This document shows, piece after piece, positions 1-10,427 of a stretch of DNA of 64,000 nt. A program made the translations under genes and the position numbers. Position 1 is the first letter of the stretch; every line of letters begins with the position of its first letter. Origin of the DNA: Oligoflexia bacterium (GTDB taxonomy: Bacteria; Bdellovibrionota; UBA1018); assembly GCA_963758495.1 (NCBI GenBank), contig CAVWVI010000003.1, positions 512,001-576,000 of the forward strand. Direction: 5' to 3'. The notes under the pieces were generated by a model. The model made no database searches and was not told the origin of the DNA. It worked only from the letters and a program-made list of their open reading frames with translations.

Positions 1-781
1 CCCAAAAAACTGTAAATGCGAACATGAACTTGCCTAAATCATGCAAGTGATTTTCATTCACAATTCCAGTAAGCTTACCTTTGGAACGCATGTAAAGGGT
101 CAGCAAACAAGTAGCAGCCAAATTAGAGTAAAACAAACCAGCGAAGCAATACACTCCAAACATTGTGCTAAACCAATGAGGGTCAAGCGACATGAGCTGA
201 TCGAAACTCGCCATGGTAAATGTGATCGCAAAAAACACCATAAAAGCGGGTGCGAGAACTCGATTTTTTAGAGTGAGGGCAAAGGCTTTAGTCTTATCCT
301 GAGCAATCGAATTTTGAACCATTTTATGAGAAAAAAACAACCAAAGCCCAATCGCTATAAAATTACGAATCGCAAAAAAACCCGTACTCAGATAACCTGA
401 CTTACCCTGAAGAACAAGATCACCCTGAACATGCTCAGCATGACTCCAGATATAGAGCGTTGGAACACCGAAGCAAAGAATACCAAAAGTAACCAACACA
501 ACAGGTAAATAAGCAGTAAATGACTCACTCAATCGACGAACCGGAGCACTCCACATCGCTCCCGTCATCCATTGGATAGCAGCAAAAAAAGCTCCACCCA
601 ATCCCAAACTCATAAAGTAAAAATGATTCATTACAAAACTAGTCCAGGCGCGGGATGGATCAAACATCAAACTAAACCCAAAACTCACGACTCCAATTGC
701 AGAGAAAACTAAAAATGCAGTCCTCACTTCATTTGAAACTTTGAAATTCCCCGGATTCTTAATTGTCGTTGCATTTGACAT
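1..781 (-). CDS. actF: Alternative complex III membrane subunit ActF (3' end runs off window)
   Basis: Not in the ORF track. Manual translation from ATG 781 gives MSNATTIKNPGNFKVSNEVRTAFLVFSAIGVVSFGFSLMFDPSRAWTSFVMNHFYFMSLGLGGAFFAAIQWMTGAMWSAPVRRLSE, a polytopic NrfD-like protein. Directly follows actE. Confidence 0.85.
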   Translation of the reverse strand, partial: MSNATTIKNPGNFKVSNEVRTAFLVFSAIGVVSFGFSLMFDPSRAWTSFVMNHFYFMSLGLGGAFFAAIQWMTGAMWSAPVRRLSESFTAYLPVVLVTFGILCFGVPTLYIWSHAEHVQGDLVLQGKSGYLSTGFFAIRNFIAIGLWLFFSHKMVQNSIAQDKTKAFALTLKNRVLAPAFMVFFAITFTMASFDQLMSLDPHWFSTMFGVYCFAGLFYSNLAATCLLTLYMRSKGKLTGIVNENHLHDLGKFMFAFTVFW

Positions 782-784
782 AAA

Positions 785-1354
785 TTACTTCGACTCCTCG
801 TCAGCCATTTTTAGATCTTCTGCGGTAGGATGTTTCGATCGTTGGAGTGCTCTAATATAATGAATCGCTGCCCAGCGATCGCCAGAGGAAATCTGCGATG
901 CATAGCTTGGCATGAGATTAGCGCCTCGAGTGACTGTATCATAAATAGCCCCATCGCCCCAATTTCGAACCTTATCAGACTGGAGAGACGGTGGTCTTGG
1001 AAATTTGGGAACAACAGAACCATCCCCTTCACCTGCAGGGCCATGACATACAATACAATACGTATTATAGACATGCTGTCCACGAGCTAAAACTGCCTGA
1101 GTTGCCCGTAAAGGATTTTTAAGCTCCTTGCCCGCCATTTCTCGGTCCGTATAAGAATAGGGCTCAAAATCTCTTGGAATCGTGCCCTTCACAGGCATCA
1201 TCATGGACCCTTCTTTTTGAGCTTTCAGTGCCGGACTATAAACCATATCTGGCATATAGATGACGTTAGGAGCTTCATGTCGACATCCGACCCACCCCAG
1301 AATGGATAAAGAAAAAACTGCGGCGAGATAAGAGCTGTATATTTTCCTACTCAT
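785..1354 (-). CDS. actE: Alternative complex III monoheme cytochrome c lipoprotein ActE
   Basis: Lipobox-like LGWVGC, YMPDM motif, single CIVCH heme motif, operon position. Start at ATG 1354 preferred. Confidence 0.88.
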   Translation of the reverse strand: MSRKIYSSYLAAVFSLSILGWVGCRHEAPNVIYMPDMVYSPALKAQKEGSMMMPVKGTIPRDFEPYSYTDREMAGKELKNPLRATQAVLARGQHVYNTYCIVCHGPAGEGDGSVVPKFPRPPSLQSDKVRNWGDGAIYDTVTRGANLMPSYASQISSGDRWAAIHYIRALQRSKHPTAEDLKMADEESK

Positions 1355-1356
1355 GA

Positions 1357-1968
1357 TTAAAACCATCCCTCGGTATAAACACTCTTAACTCCCGTAGCGC
1401 CGGTCTTTGTTAAAAAATCTTGAGCCTCAGATTCGCTAAAGGACTTAAACTTTTTTGCCTTCTTCTGGGAGGAGGAGTCATTTTCTTCGTCCTCTCCTGG
1501 TTCAACTTTCGGAGGCGCTTCAATGATTAAAGCAAAACGATCTCGGGTCAGTCGCGGGTCGAAAGCTTTTTTATGATGGTTAGGTAAACCATTAAATAGA
1601 AACATCCCTGCAACTGTAGCAAGACCTGCAAAAAGAATCGTACATTCGAACATCACAGGCACAAATGCAGGCCAAGAATTAAAGGGCTTTCCTCCCACGA
1701 TGAGTGGCCAATCTACGGCAGATGTCCAATATTGAAGTAAAAACCCCAGACTACATCCCGTAATTCCAGCAGCAAATGTCACAAATGGGAGCGGAGATCG
1801 TTTCAAGCCTTGAGCAGCATCTAAACCATGAACAGGATATGGAGTAAATGCATCAAAACTTTGATAATTTGCTTCTCTCACCTTTTTTGTGGCCTTAATT
1901 AATGCATTTGGATCCTGAAAAAATCCAATTACCCCAGCTAGATTTTTCTCGGTACTCTGATTAACCAT
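1357..1968 (-). CDS. actD: Alternative complex III subunit ActD (DUF3341)
   Basis: [12 protein letters not shown] and [17 protein letters not shown] motifs, two TM helices, between actC and actE. Confidence 0.9.
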   Translation of the reverse strand: MVNQSTEKNLAGVIGFFQDPNALIKATKKVREANYQSFDAFTPYPVHGLDAAQGLKRSPLPFVTFAAGITGCSLGFLLQYWTSAVDWPLIVGGKPFNSWPAFVPVMFECTILFAGLATVAGMFLFNGLPNHHKKAFDPRLTRDRFALIIEAPPKVEPGEDEENDSSSQKKAKKFKSFSESEAQDFLTKTGATGVKSVYTEGWF

Positions 1969-3370
1969 GGCTTAAAACCTCCTTTGAAGGCGACGGATGT
2001 GGGCCATGACCCTCGTCTAAGTCCATCACTCCCTTAACCTCTGCCATAGCGATCACGGGCAGGATGCGACAGAAGAGCAAGAACCAGATAAAGAACCAAC
2101 CAAAACTCCCTAACGTGATTCCCCAATCATAGAAAGTAGGTACATAATATTTCCAATTAGAAGGAATAAAGTCACGATGCAATGAAGTCACAACGATCAC
2201 AAAACGCTCAAACCACATTCCGATATTTACGAAAAGAGAGACAACAAACATAATCGGAATACTTCTTCTAGCGTTTCTAAACCAAAAAATCTGTGGAATG
2301 ATTACGTTACAAGTTGCCATGATCCAATAAGCCCACCAATAAGGACCAAAGGCTCGATTGATAAATGCAAATCGCTCATAAGGACTACCGCTATACCAAG
2401 CGATAAAAAACTCGCAGGAATAAGCATATCCTACCAACATTCCTGTTGCCATGATGATCTTATTCATCTTTTCTAGATGGTTAATCGTGATGTAGTTTTT
2501 CAAATTAAACATTTCACGAGCAATCACCATCAAAGTGACCACCATTGCAAAACCGGAAAAAATCGCCCCGGCAACAAAGTAAGGAGGAAAGATGGTTGTA
2601 TGCCAACCTGGAAGGTTAGATACCGCAAAGTCAAAGGAAACAACGCTGTGCACAGAAAGCACCAACGGAGTTGATAGACCTGCTAAAAGCATGTAAGCAA
2701 TTTCGTAATGACTCCAATGCCTATTGGATCCTCTCCAGCCCAGGGATAAAACTGTATAAATAAATTTTCGAATTGGATTCTTGGCTCGATCTCGAATTGC
2801 AGCAAGGTCAGGTACTAAACCTACAAACCAAAATACTGCCGAGATCGTAAAATAAGTACCCACTGCAAACACGTCCCAGAGCAAGGGTGAGCGAAAATTG
2901 ACCCACAAGTGCCGTTGGTTTGGATAAGGCAACAGCCAAATTGCAGCATACCAAGGCCGCCCCGTATGGATGACTGGAAATAAGAGTGCAGTCATCACTG
3001 CGAAAATGGTCATCGCTTCTGCGGATCGATTAATTGCAGTACGCCATTTTTGCCTAAAAAGAAACAAAACAGCTGAAATCAACGTTCCAGCATGGCCAAT
3101 ACCCACCCAAAACACGAAATTAACAATGAATATACCCCAGCCATTGGGTTGGTTAAGACCTAAGACGCCCAAACCATTCATAAACATGTCTGTAGCAAGC
3201 GCAGCCCCTAAACCAAAAACTGCGATTGCCGTGATAAAGCAAACCCACCACTTCTGAGTAGGGAATCTTTCTAAGGGTGCCGCGATATCATCATTGACGT
3301 CTGCTAGGCTTTTACCACCTGTCACTAATATATCGGGTGTGAACTTCATCAGATCAGTAGGAGTCGCCAT
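1961..3370 (-). CDS. actC: Alternative complex III quinol-binding subunit ActC (NrfD/PsrC family)
   Basis: [34 protein letters not shown] and [11 protein letters not shown] motifs. Confidence 0.93.
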   Translation of the reverse strand: MATPTDLMKFTPDILVTGGKSLADVNDDIAAPLERFPTQKWWVCFITAIAVFGLGAALATDMFMNGLGVLGLNQPNGWGIFIVNFVFWVGIGHAGTLISAVLFLFRQKWRTAINRSAEAMTIFAVMTALLFPVIHTGRPWYAAIWLLPYPNQRHLWVNFRSPLLWDVFAVGTYFTISAVFWFVGLVPDLAAIRDRAKNPIRKFIYTVLSLGWRGSNRHWSHYEIAYMLLAGLSTPLVLSVHSVVSFDFAVSNLPGWHTTIFPPYFVAGAIFSGFAMVVTLMVIAREMFNLKNYITINHLEKMNKIIMATGMLVGYAYSCEFFIAWYSGSPYERFAFINRAFGPYWWAYWIMATCNVIIPQIFWFRNARRSIPIMFVVSLFVNIGMWFERFVIVVTSLHRDFIPSNWKYYVPTFYDWGITLGSFGWFFIWFLLFCRILPVIAMAEVKGVMDLDEGHGPHPSPSKEVLSHG

Positions 3371-3443
3371 GATTCAATCACCTCTCCTGAGTGCATATCT
3401 CAAATTTTTACAGCAGGTTCTCACTTGATTCAGCATGTGTGGA

Positions 3444-6400
3444 TTAAACATGTTTGGCTCCCTCACCTGCATGGGATAGTTTCGCCCTATTTCGTACTTT
3501 AGTCATATAAGACACGGATGGCTTCGTATTTAAATTCTCAAGCACTCGGAATGCCTGTGGGCTTTCCTTCATTTTGGAGACAATACTCTTTGGATCATTC
3601 ATATCTCCAAAGACGATAGCATCACTTGGACAGGTTTGTTGACACGCTGTCTTTAAATCTCCATCTCGAACTCTCTCACTTGCGTCTTTAGCATGATCTT
3701 TTGCATCACTAATGCGCTGAACACAGAAACTACATTTTTCCATGATCCCGCGAGTTCGGACAGTGACATCCGGATTCCAAACCATGTTCATCGTACCTTC
3801 ATAAGACTTCCAATGATCAAAGAAATTAAAACGACGAACTTTATAAGGACAGTTATTCTGACAGTAACGAGTACCTACGCATCGATTATAAACCTGAACA
3901 TTTAAGCCCTCATCATCATGAACAGTTGCCAATACTGGGCAGACCGTCTCACAAGGAGCATTTTCGCAATGCTGACAAAGCATAGGTTGAAAAATCACTT
4001 CAGGGTTTTCTGGACTCCCTGAATAATATCGATCGATTTTAATCCAGTGCATTTGTCGACTGACTCGAACTTGATCACGCCCCACTACTGGAATATTATT
4101 TTCTGCTTGGCATGCCATGACACAAGCACCACAGCCAGTGCACGAATTTAAATCAATCGCCATTCCCCAGCGATACGATTTGTATTCATGACTTGGCCAA
4201 AGAGAAGGTACCGTCTCCAGCCTTAACTCTGGATCAGTATGCATCGCTGTTGCCGGATTATTTTTAAATTCGCTCAACGAAATATCGTTAATGATGGGAC
4301 GATCTTCGGTGGCTGAATGCCATTGAGTTGCAGCCAATCGATAAAATTTTCCAGTCTTGCTTATTTTGACATCTTGTCCGGAAAAGACGAGTCGATTGTC
4401 CTCTAATTTAAGAAAAGAAAAAACATCAACGCCAGTGAGATTTCCCACTTTTCCAACTGAACGGCGACCATACCCTACCGCAACACTGACTACATGTGCA
4501 TGCATCCCGGGTTGGATATGAACAGGAAGCTGAGCACTGACATCACTCGAGCGAATTTCCACTACGTCGTCGTCTTTAATACCCAGTGTTTTTGCTAATT
4601 GCGGGCTTACATTTAAATAATTATCCCATGTCACAGTAGAAATCGGATCTGGCATTTCCTGTAACCAAGCATTATTAGCGCTACGCCCATCTCCCATAGA
4701 TACTTTGGAGTAGAGAGCCAAAGAAAGGCCCGCCCCCACTGCAGACTGCTGAGGAGAGACTGGATTTTCTGAACTGGTTAGAATTGAATGCGCTATTGCC
4801 TTTTTAGGCGATAACTGACTCAAAGATCCTTTTAAAAATGAACGAGCTGTAGGTTTTTTAGATGAGCCCCCTAGAGCCGTTGTAGCATCGAAAACTCCTG
4901 CCCTTAATACGCCTTCCCAAAAGCGATCAAAAGAGGTTGCGCTCTGTGAATCCCGAAAGATCGTTCCCTTCCAATGCCCCTGAATATATTCATGCCAATC
5001 TTGAGCTTGGGCAACCAAACCCTTCACTCCTAATGCTTTTGCCCAAATTAAAAGAGAATCTTGAAAAGCGCGGGATGAATGAATGGGGGCCATCGCAGGT
5101 TGCTGCAGACTATAAAGACCTTTTCTTGGATTTGAATCGCCCCAGTTCTCCAAATAATGGTGATCTGGCAAAATATAATCAGCCAAGTGTCCTGTTTCAT
5201 CTTCATGCTCGGAAGCCACTATGACTAAAGGTACTTTTTTCATGGCCTCTTCAAGGCCTAGTAAGATCTTGGGTAACGTATAAGCAGGATTAGATCGATA
5301 GATGATCAGTGCATCCACCTGACCCGATTTCATATCTGAAATCAGTTTTGTCATACCTGCAAAATTCCCGTGAGCTGCACTATAGCTCACAGTACCATCC
5401 ACTGTAGCGCCTTCATTTGCTAAAACTGTATTTAAAAAGTTAATGGCTACTTGAAGAGCAAGCGCATCTTGAGTCTTGGACTGAATACTTCCGCCTACTA
5501 CTAGACTTTTTCCACAATTCTCCCACAAATCCTTTGCTACTTCCTTGAGCTGATCTGGACCTCCAGGTAGCCCAACTTCTGCAGCGATTTTTTCAGGAGT
5601 AAACCCGGCAAGAGCTGACAGGACATTAGGATCTGAGGCAAAATTAGAATGCCTTCGTCTCACAATGATTTCATGAGCTAAAGCAAGTGCAATTTTTAAC
5701 TCATCACCCGGCCTAATAGGATATCGCTGATCCGAATTAGAACCCGTTACCGTTAACATCGGCTCAAAACAGATTAATTTAGAAAGCTTTGCTTGAGCTG
5801 GATTTTGTTTCGAAAGCTTCCGCCCTTTAGACCAAGCCTTTGAGTATTCAACGGGAGAATTCCACGTACCCAAAAAATCCGCTCCCAAAGAAACAACGAC
5901 GTCTGCCTGATCAAATCGATAATGAGGAACCAAAGAAGTGCCGTAGGAAAGCTCTTGTGCTTCCGCTATTTCTTCTAACTCCAAAGGTTCAAACTCAACA
6001 TGAACACCATTCCGAAAACCGCTTAAAAATTCTTGAATCAAACGGCTTGTAGATCCACTCCGAACTGCTCCAGTTAAAATTCTGACTCGACCCGAATTAG
6101 AAGCAATTGCTTTCAGTTTAGACTGAACCGCAGTATCCACATCGGTCCAAGAAATTTCCTGACCGAAGCCCTCTCGCCCAGCTCTCATCTTGGGAGCTTT
6201 TAACCGATCGGGATCATAAAGATTCAGTAGCGAAGCTTGCCCTCTTCCACAAAGCGAGCCCTGATTCACAGGGTGATCTGGATTACCTTCTAGTTTAATT
6301 GGACGTCCTTCACGATTTTTTACCAGGACTCCACAATTGGTTGAGCATTCTTGACAGGTTGAAGCATAAAAGTTTGCAACACCCGGAGTGATTTCTTCCG

Positions 6401-6707
6401 GTTTAACAACATATGGAATAATTTTATGAACTGGCCTACGAGCACAAGCAAAGCTAGCCATCGCCATACTTGCGCCCATCACTGTAAGAAAATCTCTTCG
6501 AGCAATGCCTTGCTTATCAATCCGATCTATTTGCTCCACCCATTCTACAGGCTTCTCATAGAATTCTTGGGCACGCTTTTCTTGAACTTTGGGATCATTC
6601 CAATAGCTAGCATCCAACTCCTCAGGACCTATCCAATGGCGCGGTGGAATAAATGGCTGCGTATTTAGGGAATCTGCCTTCGTCTCTTCGTGGTGATGGT
6701 TGTCCAT
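3444..6707 (-). CDS. actB: Alternative complex III subunit ActB (molybdopterin-oxidoreductase-like plus Fe-S domains)
   Basis: TAT-like RRDFL, KLEGNPDHP, C-terminal CTGCGAC, CQHCENAPC and CVGTRYC Fe-S motifs. Start at ATG 6707 preferred. Confidence 0.92.
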   Translation of the reverse strand: MDNHHHEETKADSLNTQPFIPPRHWIGPEELDASYWNDPKVQEKRAQEFYEKPVEWVEQIDRIDKQGIARRDFLTVMGASMAMASFACARRPVHKIIPYVVKPEEITPGVANFYASTCQECSTNCGVLVKNREGRPIKLEGNPDHPVNQGSLCGRGQASLLNLYDPDRLKAPKMRAGREGFGQEISWTDVDTAVQSKLKAIASNSGRVRILTGAVRSGSTSRLIQEFLSGFRNGVHVEFEPLELEEIAEAQELSYGTSLVPHYRFDQADVVVSLGADFLGTWNSPVEYSKAWSKGRKLSKQNPAQAKLSKLICFEPMLTVTGSNSDQRYPIRPGDELKIALALAHEIIVRRRHSNFASDPNVLSALAGFTPEKIAAEVGLPGGPDQLKEVAKDLWENCGKSLVVGGSIQSKTQDALALQVAINFLNTVLANEGATVDGTVSYSAAHGNFAGMTKLISDMKSGQVDALIIYRSNPAYTLPKILLGLEEAMKKVPLVIVASEHEDETGHLADYILPDHHYLENWGDSNPRKGLYSLQQPAMAPIHSSRAFQDSLLIWAKALGVKGLVAQAQDWHEYIQGHWKGTIFRDSQSATSFDRFWEGVLRAGVFDATTALGGSSKKPTARSFLKGSLSQLSPKKAIAHSILTSSENPVSPQQSAVGAGLSLALYSKVSMGDGRSANNAWLQEMPDPISTVTWDNYLNVSPQLAKTLGIKDDDVVEIRSSDVSAQLPVHIQPGMHAHVVSVAVGYGRRSVGKVGNLTGVDVFSFLKLEDNRLVFSGQDVKISKTGKFYRLAATQWHSATEDRPIINDISLSEFKNNPATAMHTDPELRLETVPSLWPSHEYKSYRWGMAIDLNSCTGCGACVMACQAENNIPVVGRDQVRVSRQMHWIKIDRYYSGSPENPEVIFQPMLCQHCENAPCETVCPVLATVHDDEGLNVQVYNRCVGTRYCQNNCPYKVRRFNFFDHWKSYEGTMNMVWNPDVTVRTRGIMEKCSFCVQRISDAKDHAKDASERVRDGDLKTACQQTCPSDAIVFGDMNDPKSIVSKMKESPQAFRVLENLNTKPSVSYMTKVRNRAKLSHAGEGAKHV

Positions 6708-6741
6708 AATTTCTCTCTTCACTTCAAACAGAGTCTTTTCC

Positions 6742-7332
6742 TTAACGATGGCAAGTGCTGCAATTTACAGATGCAACAGGGCCACGTGGGTTTTTCTGAT
6801 TTGGATAAATCTTTGTCAGGACATTACGAGGTGTCGTCTGTCCCCGATGGCATTCCATACACCATCCCATAGTCAACGCTTCTTTTTGCTCAATACGAGC
6901 CATTTCCTTTACGTTACCATGACAGGTTTCACAGGATACACCTTTTGCTACGTGCCTCTTATGAGGGAAGTAGACATAATCAGGCAGCTCATGAACGCGA
7001 ATCCATTCAATGGGCTTACCCTCTGTAAATGCCTTTCTCATCTTCTGAATGTAGGGACTGTCCAACTTCACAACGGAATGACAATTCATACAGACATTCA
7101 GTGACGGAACTGAAGCATGCCGTGATTTTTCAGCCCCAGAGTGGCAGTACAAGCAAGGGACTTTATTGTCCCCAGCATGAAGCTTATGACTAAATGGAAT
7201 AGGCTGCTCAGGAGCATACCCTTGGTTAGAAGCGGTTGGGTAAAACCGAATCAATCCAAAGATCGCAATGACCCCTACTGTCAGAAATAGAGCAACACCT
7301 AGTTTCTTTTGTGTCCCAGAGATGCGAACCAT
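6742..7332 (-). CDS. actA: Alternative complex III pentaheme cytochrome c ActA
   Basis: N-terminal TM, EQPIPFSHKLH, five CxxCH motifs (CLYCH, CMNCH, CETCH, CMECH, CSTCH). Confidence 0.92.
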   Translation of the reverse strand: MVRISGTQKKLGVALFLTVGVIAIFGLIRFYPTASNQGYAPEQPIPFSHKLHAGDNKVPCLYCHSGAEKSRHASVPSLNVCMNCHSVVKLDSPYIQKMRKAFTEGKPIEWIRVHELPDYVYFPHKRHVAKGVSCETCHGNVKEMARIEQKEALTMGWCMECHRGQTTPRNVLTKIYPNQKNPRGPVASVNCSTCHR

Positions 7333-7488
7333 GAGGTACCTACTTATTGTTTTGAACTTTTTTTGTATTAACGCTTATCTGACAAACTTACTAGTCCCTT
7401 TTCAAGTAAATCTTGACCGAGGGCACCAGATTTTACATTTTCTTGTCAAATTCCACCCCTGAGAGGCCAATCCACACCCTAAAAGTGA

Positions 7489-8187
7489 TTAAAGCACCCC
7501 ATCAGTCCTTAATAGAATGCCTTCTTGTACCCACATTCTCAAGGTGGGTTCCATAAGAAAGACGGTTTCCTGAATAGGCCGACTCAATTGCTGAGCCAAG
7601 GATTGAATTAAGGACTGAGGATTCCCCCCCCCTTCCAAGCACTGAAAGAGAAGTTCAAAGACCATCGGCTCCACTTGAAGAGTTCTTAATAGAGAGGTTT
7701 GATCATCTCTAAAAATAAGTATACAAAATAATTCGACTTTCTTTAAAAGCTCGAATTCCTCTCGGTTACCTTTTATATACCAATGAGGAATGGGATATTG
7801 ATATGTCCTCAAAAGTAGACTGGGATTAACCCAATCCCCTTCATTGGGATCTCGACTGGTTTTCGATTGAAATCGAGCCCATTCATAATCTGCTAATTCC
7901 TTCAAAGCGGGCTCAAACTTCAGCCGCTCTGAAAACTGCTGAACTGCCCAATTGATACGAAAGTCTTTTGGCCAAAACTGAGTGATGAAATCATTCCCTA
8001 CTTCTTCCCAAGATGGACTAGGTACAAGTGACTGATAAATTTTTTTACATTCTGGATAGACCGCATCGATTGCCTCTTGAATTGAGACGCGAGTCAATTC
8101 ACGGTAAAAAGCGAATTGAGGGTCCGCAGGGACTTGAGCACCATAAATACTTTTCAGCATCTGCTCTTGAACTTCTTTTAAAGACAT
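7489..8187 (-). CDS. MNIO partner protein (DUF2063; HvfC/BufC-like)
   Basis: Overlaps the DUF692 gene end; YRELT..AVYP and ELADYEWA motifs typical of DUF2063 partners. Start at ATG 8187 preferred. Confidence 0.75.
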   Translation of the reverse strand: MSLKEVQEQMLKSIYGAQVPADPQFAFYRELTRVSIQEAIDAVYPECKKIYQSLVPSPSWEEVGNDFITQFWPKDFRINWAVQQFSERLKFEPALKELADYEWARFQSKTSRDPNEGDWVNPSLLLRTYQYPIPHWYIKGNREEFELLKKVELFCILIFRDDQTSLLRTLQVEPMVFELLFQCLEGGGNPQSLIQSLAQQLSRPIQETVFLMEPTLRMWVQEGILLRTDGVL

Positions 8188-9062
8188 AAGTCTCTGGATT
8201 GATCCTTCTTCTCGATAGTTTTCCAAAGTGCGGCAACTTCATCTACAAGGACGTTTAATGGGGGGACATCCCTTTCCCGCTCAAGTAACAAAGTCTTTAC
8301 TGGCATGAGGGAATGGATATCTTTTAATAAAAGCCGAACTGGATCAGGAACTGGAGACCCATGAGTATCCAATAACCGTTCTTTTCCCGCCAAATGAATC
8401 TGCTCATGTCCCGCTATATGAACTTCTATCACCCGTTCGAGCGGAATCTGGCGAAGGTAACGCCGCGAAGCCGCGATGGCATCTGGAAAGTGATTAAAAC
8501 TATTCACATACACATTATTTATGTCTAACAGCATTGAACAATTTGCTTGTTCCAAAATTTCTGTCGTAAATTCGGCTTCAGTCATCTCTGCACCTGGCAT
8601 CATAAGGTAATAAGAAGGATTTTCCAATCCAAACGGGACCTCTAAGAAGTCTTGAACTTGGCGCACTCGTTCCACAACATGTCGAACTACCTCGTGAGTA
8701 AAGGGTAAAGGCAATAAGTTATGTAACTGCACTCCCCCCGTGCTGGAAAAACAAATATGATCAGTGACCCAACGAGCACCCGTGTCTCGAACTAATTTTT
8801 TGATTTGGGTCAAATAATTAAAATCCAAAGCATCCGTGCTCCCAATAGATAAACTAATTCCATGCATTGCTACAGGAAGAATTTCTGAAACTTGAAGAAG
8901 AGCGCGACGGGTTTTACCGCCGCGCCCTATAAAGTTCTCAGGCACCCACTCTACCCAATCGAGTCGAGAAAGTAAGGTAACATCTCCCTTCGCCAAACGA
9001 TCCGCGAGCTCAAAGAGAAATGATTTACGGACACTAATTCCGCGCATGAGAGAAGAAATCAC
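8178..9062 (-). CDS. DUF692 multinuclear non-heme iron oxidase (MNIO)
   Basis: EWVPENF, HGISLSIG, TDHICF, LLPLPF, LENPS, LLDINNVYVN, EVHIAGH, DTHG and LLER motifs. Confidence 0.93.
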   Translation of the reverse strand: MISSLMRGISVRKSFLFELADRLAKGDVTLLSRLDWVEWVPENFIGRGGKTRRALLQVSEILPVAMHGISLSIGSTDALDFNYLTQIKKLVRDTGARWVTDHICFSSTGGVQLHNLLPLPFTHEVVRHVVERVRQVQDFLEVPFGLENPSYYLMMPGAEMTEAEFTTEILEQANCSMLLDINNVYVNSFNHFPDAIAASRRYLRQIPLERVIEVHIAGHEQIHLAGKERLLDTHGSPVPDPVRLLLKDIHSLMPVKTLLLERERDVPPLNVLVDEVAALWKTIEKKDQSRDLCL

Positions 9063-9070
9063 AAAACCAC

Positions 9071-9376
9071 TTATGGAGTGCTCTTGTCTTTAGTAGGAGC
9101 AGGGTTACTGTCCATATTTTGATTTGTGGCACCTGTAGAAGGTGCAGCACCCGTAGGAGTCGTGTCATCCGCTTTTTTCATTTTTTTGCCCATGTCACCA
9201 CTGCAACCCCCGTCTTTACCACTACAACCGCTGTCTTTTCCATCTTCCATCGCGATGAGTGTGGATTTAGAAAGATCTTGAGTTTTCACTAAGTCGGCTG
9301 CATGAGCTGCCCCTACTGAAAATGCTGCAATCAGCGCGCCGGTAAAGACTACCCTTTGTCCTTTATTGTCCTTCAT
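9071..9376 (-). CDS. Secreted RiPP precursor peptide (oxazolin/bufferin-like) with two GCSG motifs
   Basis: AAGGAG RBS before ATG 9376; Sec signal ending AHA; core DSGCSGKDGGCSG; immediately upstream of DUF692. Confidence 0.8.
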   Translation of the reverse strand: MKDNKGQRVVFTGALIAAFSVGAAHAADLVKTQDLSKSTLIAMEDGKDSGCSGKDGGCSGDMGKKMKKADDTTPTGAAPSTGATNQNMDSNPAPTKDKSTP

Positions 9377-9410
9377 TACAAATGCTCCTTTATTCATGAG
9401 TTATTAGGCT

Positions 9411-9457
9411 ATTCAATTCTCAAAATATATTGTGATATTGAATTCTAATTGTGTCAA
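9411..9457 (-). promoter_or_regulatory. Putative sigma70 promoter of the MNIO cluster, overlapped by an imperfect inverted repeat
   Basis: Minus strand TTGACA (9457-9452)-17 nt-CACAAT (9434-9429). ATTCAAT...ATTGAAT inverted arms (9411-9443) span the -10. Confidence 0.5.
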
Positions 9458-9629
9458 AAGCCAGATTTTTGGCGGAACAGCTCTGCAAAATTTTCCTAGC
9501 TTTTTGGTGGCACAATACTGCAAGATCTTCCATAAGCAGTTCCTTTCGGGCCGTTGACAAGCACGGCAAGGAATCCAGCTAACAGTGAGTTAGCGGCTGA
9601 AAAACCATTTGAGAGATACTGGGCTTTAC

Positions 9630-10058
9630 ATGATAACCACTCTGACTAACGACATACGATGGCATCAAAGACTGGAGAATTTCAGTAGAGCACTCTCGCA
9701 GCTACGAACAGCAGTAGCACTGAGCCGTCAAAGATCCCTTTCCGAACTAGAGATCCAGGGACTGATCCAAGCTTTTGAATTTACTCACGAGCTGGCCTGG
9801 AACGTTATCAAAGACTTCTTTTTTGAGCAAGGCAACAGCTCCATCATGGGCTCTAAAGACGCTACACGCGAGGCTTTTCAGCACAGCCTGATTGAAGATG
9901 GACAGAGCTGGATGGATATGATTCGAAGCAGAAATTTGAGCACTCACACTTATAACGAAGTGACTGCTCTTGAAATAGCTCATAAAATTCTTGTCATCTA
10001 TTTCCCACTTTTTGAGAGCTTTTTAAATAAAATGAATGAGCTGAAATCGACAAAATGA
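9630..10058 (+). CDS. HEPN-domain toxin (HI0074 / nucleotidyltransferase substrate-binding family)
   Basis: GLIQAFEFTHELAW motif and Rx4H motif RNLSTH; coupled to the MNT gene by an ATGA overlap. Confidence 0.88.
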   Translation: MITTLTNDIRWHQRLENFSRALSQLRTAVALSRQRSLSELEIQGLIQAFEFTHELAWNVIKDFFFEQGNSSIMGSKDATREAFQHSLIEDGQSWMDMIRSRNLSTHTYNEVTALEIAHKILVIYFPLFESFLNKMNELKSTK

Positions 10059-10381
10059 CCTTAAACTGCATTCATGCTTTTGGACTTGAACCCGAATTGC
10101 TGTCAAAAATCATTGATGTCTTTAAAAAGTATAACAACGTCGAAAAGGTCGTCCTCTATGGATCTCGTGCAAAAGGGACATATAGACCAGGATCAGACAT
10201 TGACCTTAACCTGGAAGGTGAGAAATTAGACGATTTGACTCTCCTTCAAATTGAAAACGATCTAGATGGTCTGATGTTGCCCTATAAAATGGACATTTCA
10301 GCAAAAAAATCCATCACCCATCAGAAACTTTTGGATCATATTTCAAGAGTTGGGAAAATTATTTTTCAAAGAACGAGTTAG
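10055..10381 (+). CDS. Minimal nucleotidyltransferase antitoxin (MntA-like)
   Basis: LYGSRAKG...SDIDL motif, 108 aa. Confidence 0.9.
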   Translation: MTLNCIHAFGLEPELLSKIIDVFKKYNNVEKVVLYGSRAKGTYRPGSDIDLNLEGEKLDDLTLLQIENDLDGLMLPYKMDISAKKSITHQKLLDHISRVGKIIFQRTS

Positions 10382-10427
10382 ACATCAGACTTGCACGACC
10401 TCTCTAACAGAGATATGGATCTCTTTA

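Noticed and set aside
9577..10384. Integron cassette around HEPN-MNT (GCTAAC..GTTAGC upstream, GTTAGAC at the stop)
   Set aside because: Too short for an attC, no L boxes and no integron integrase.
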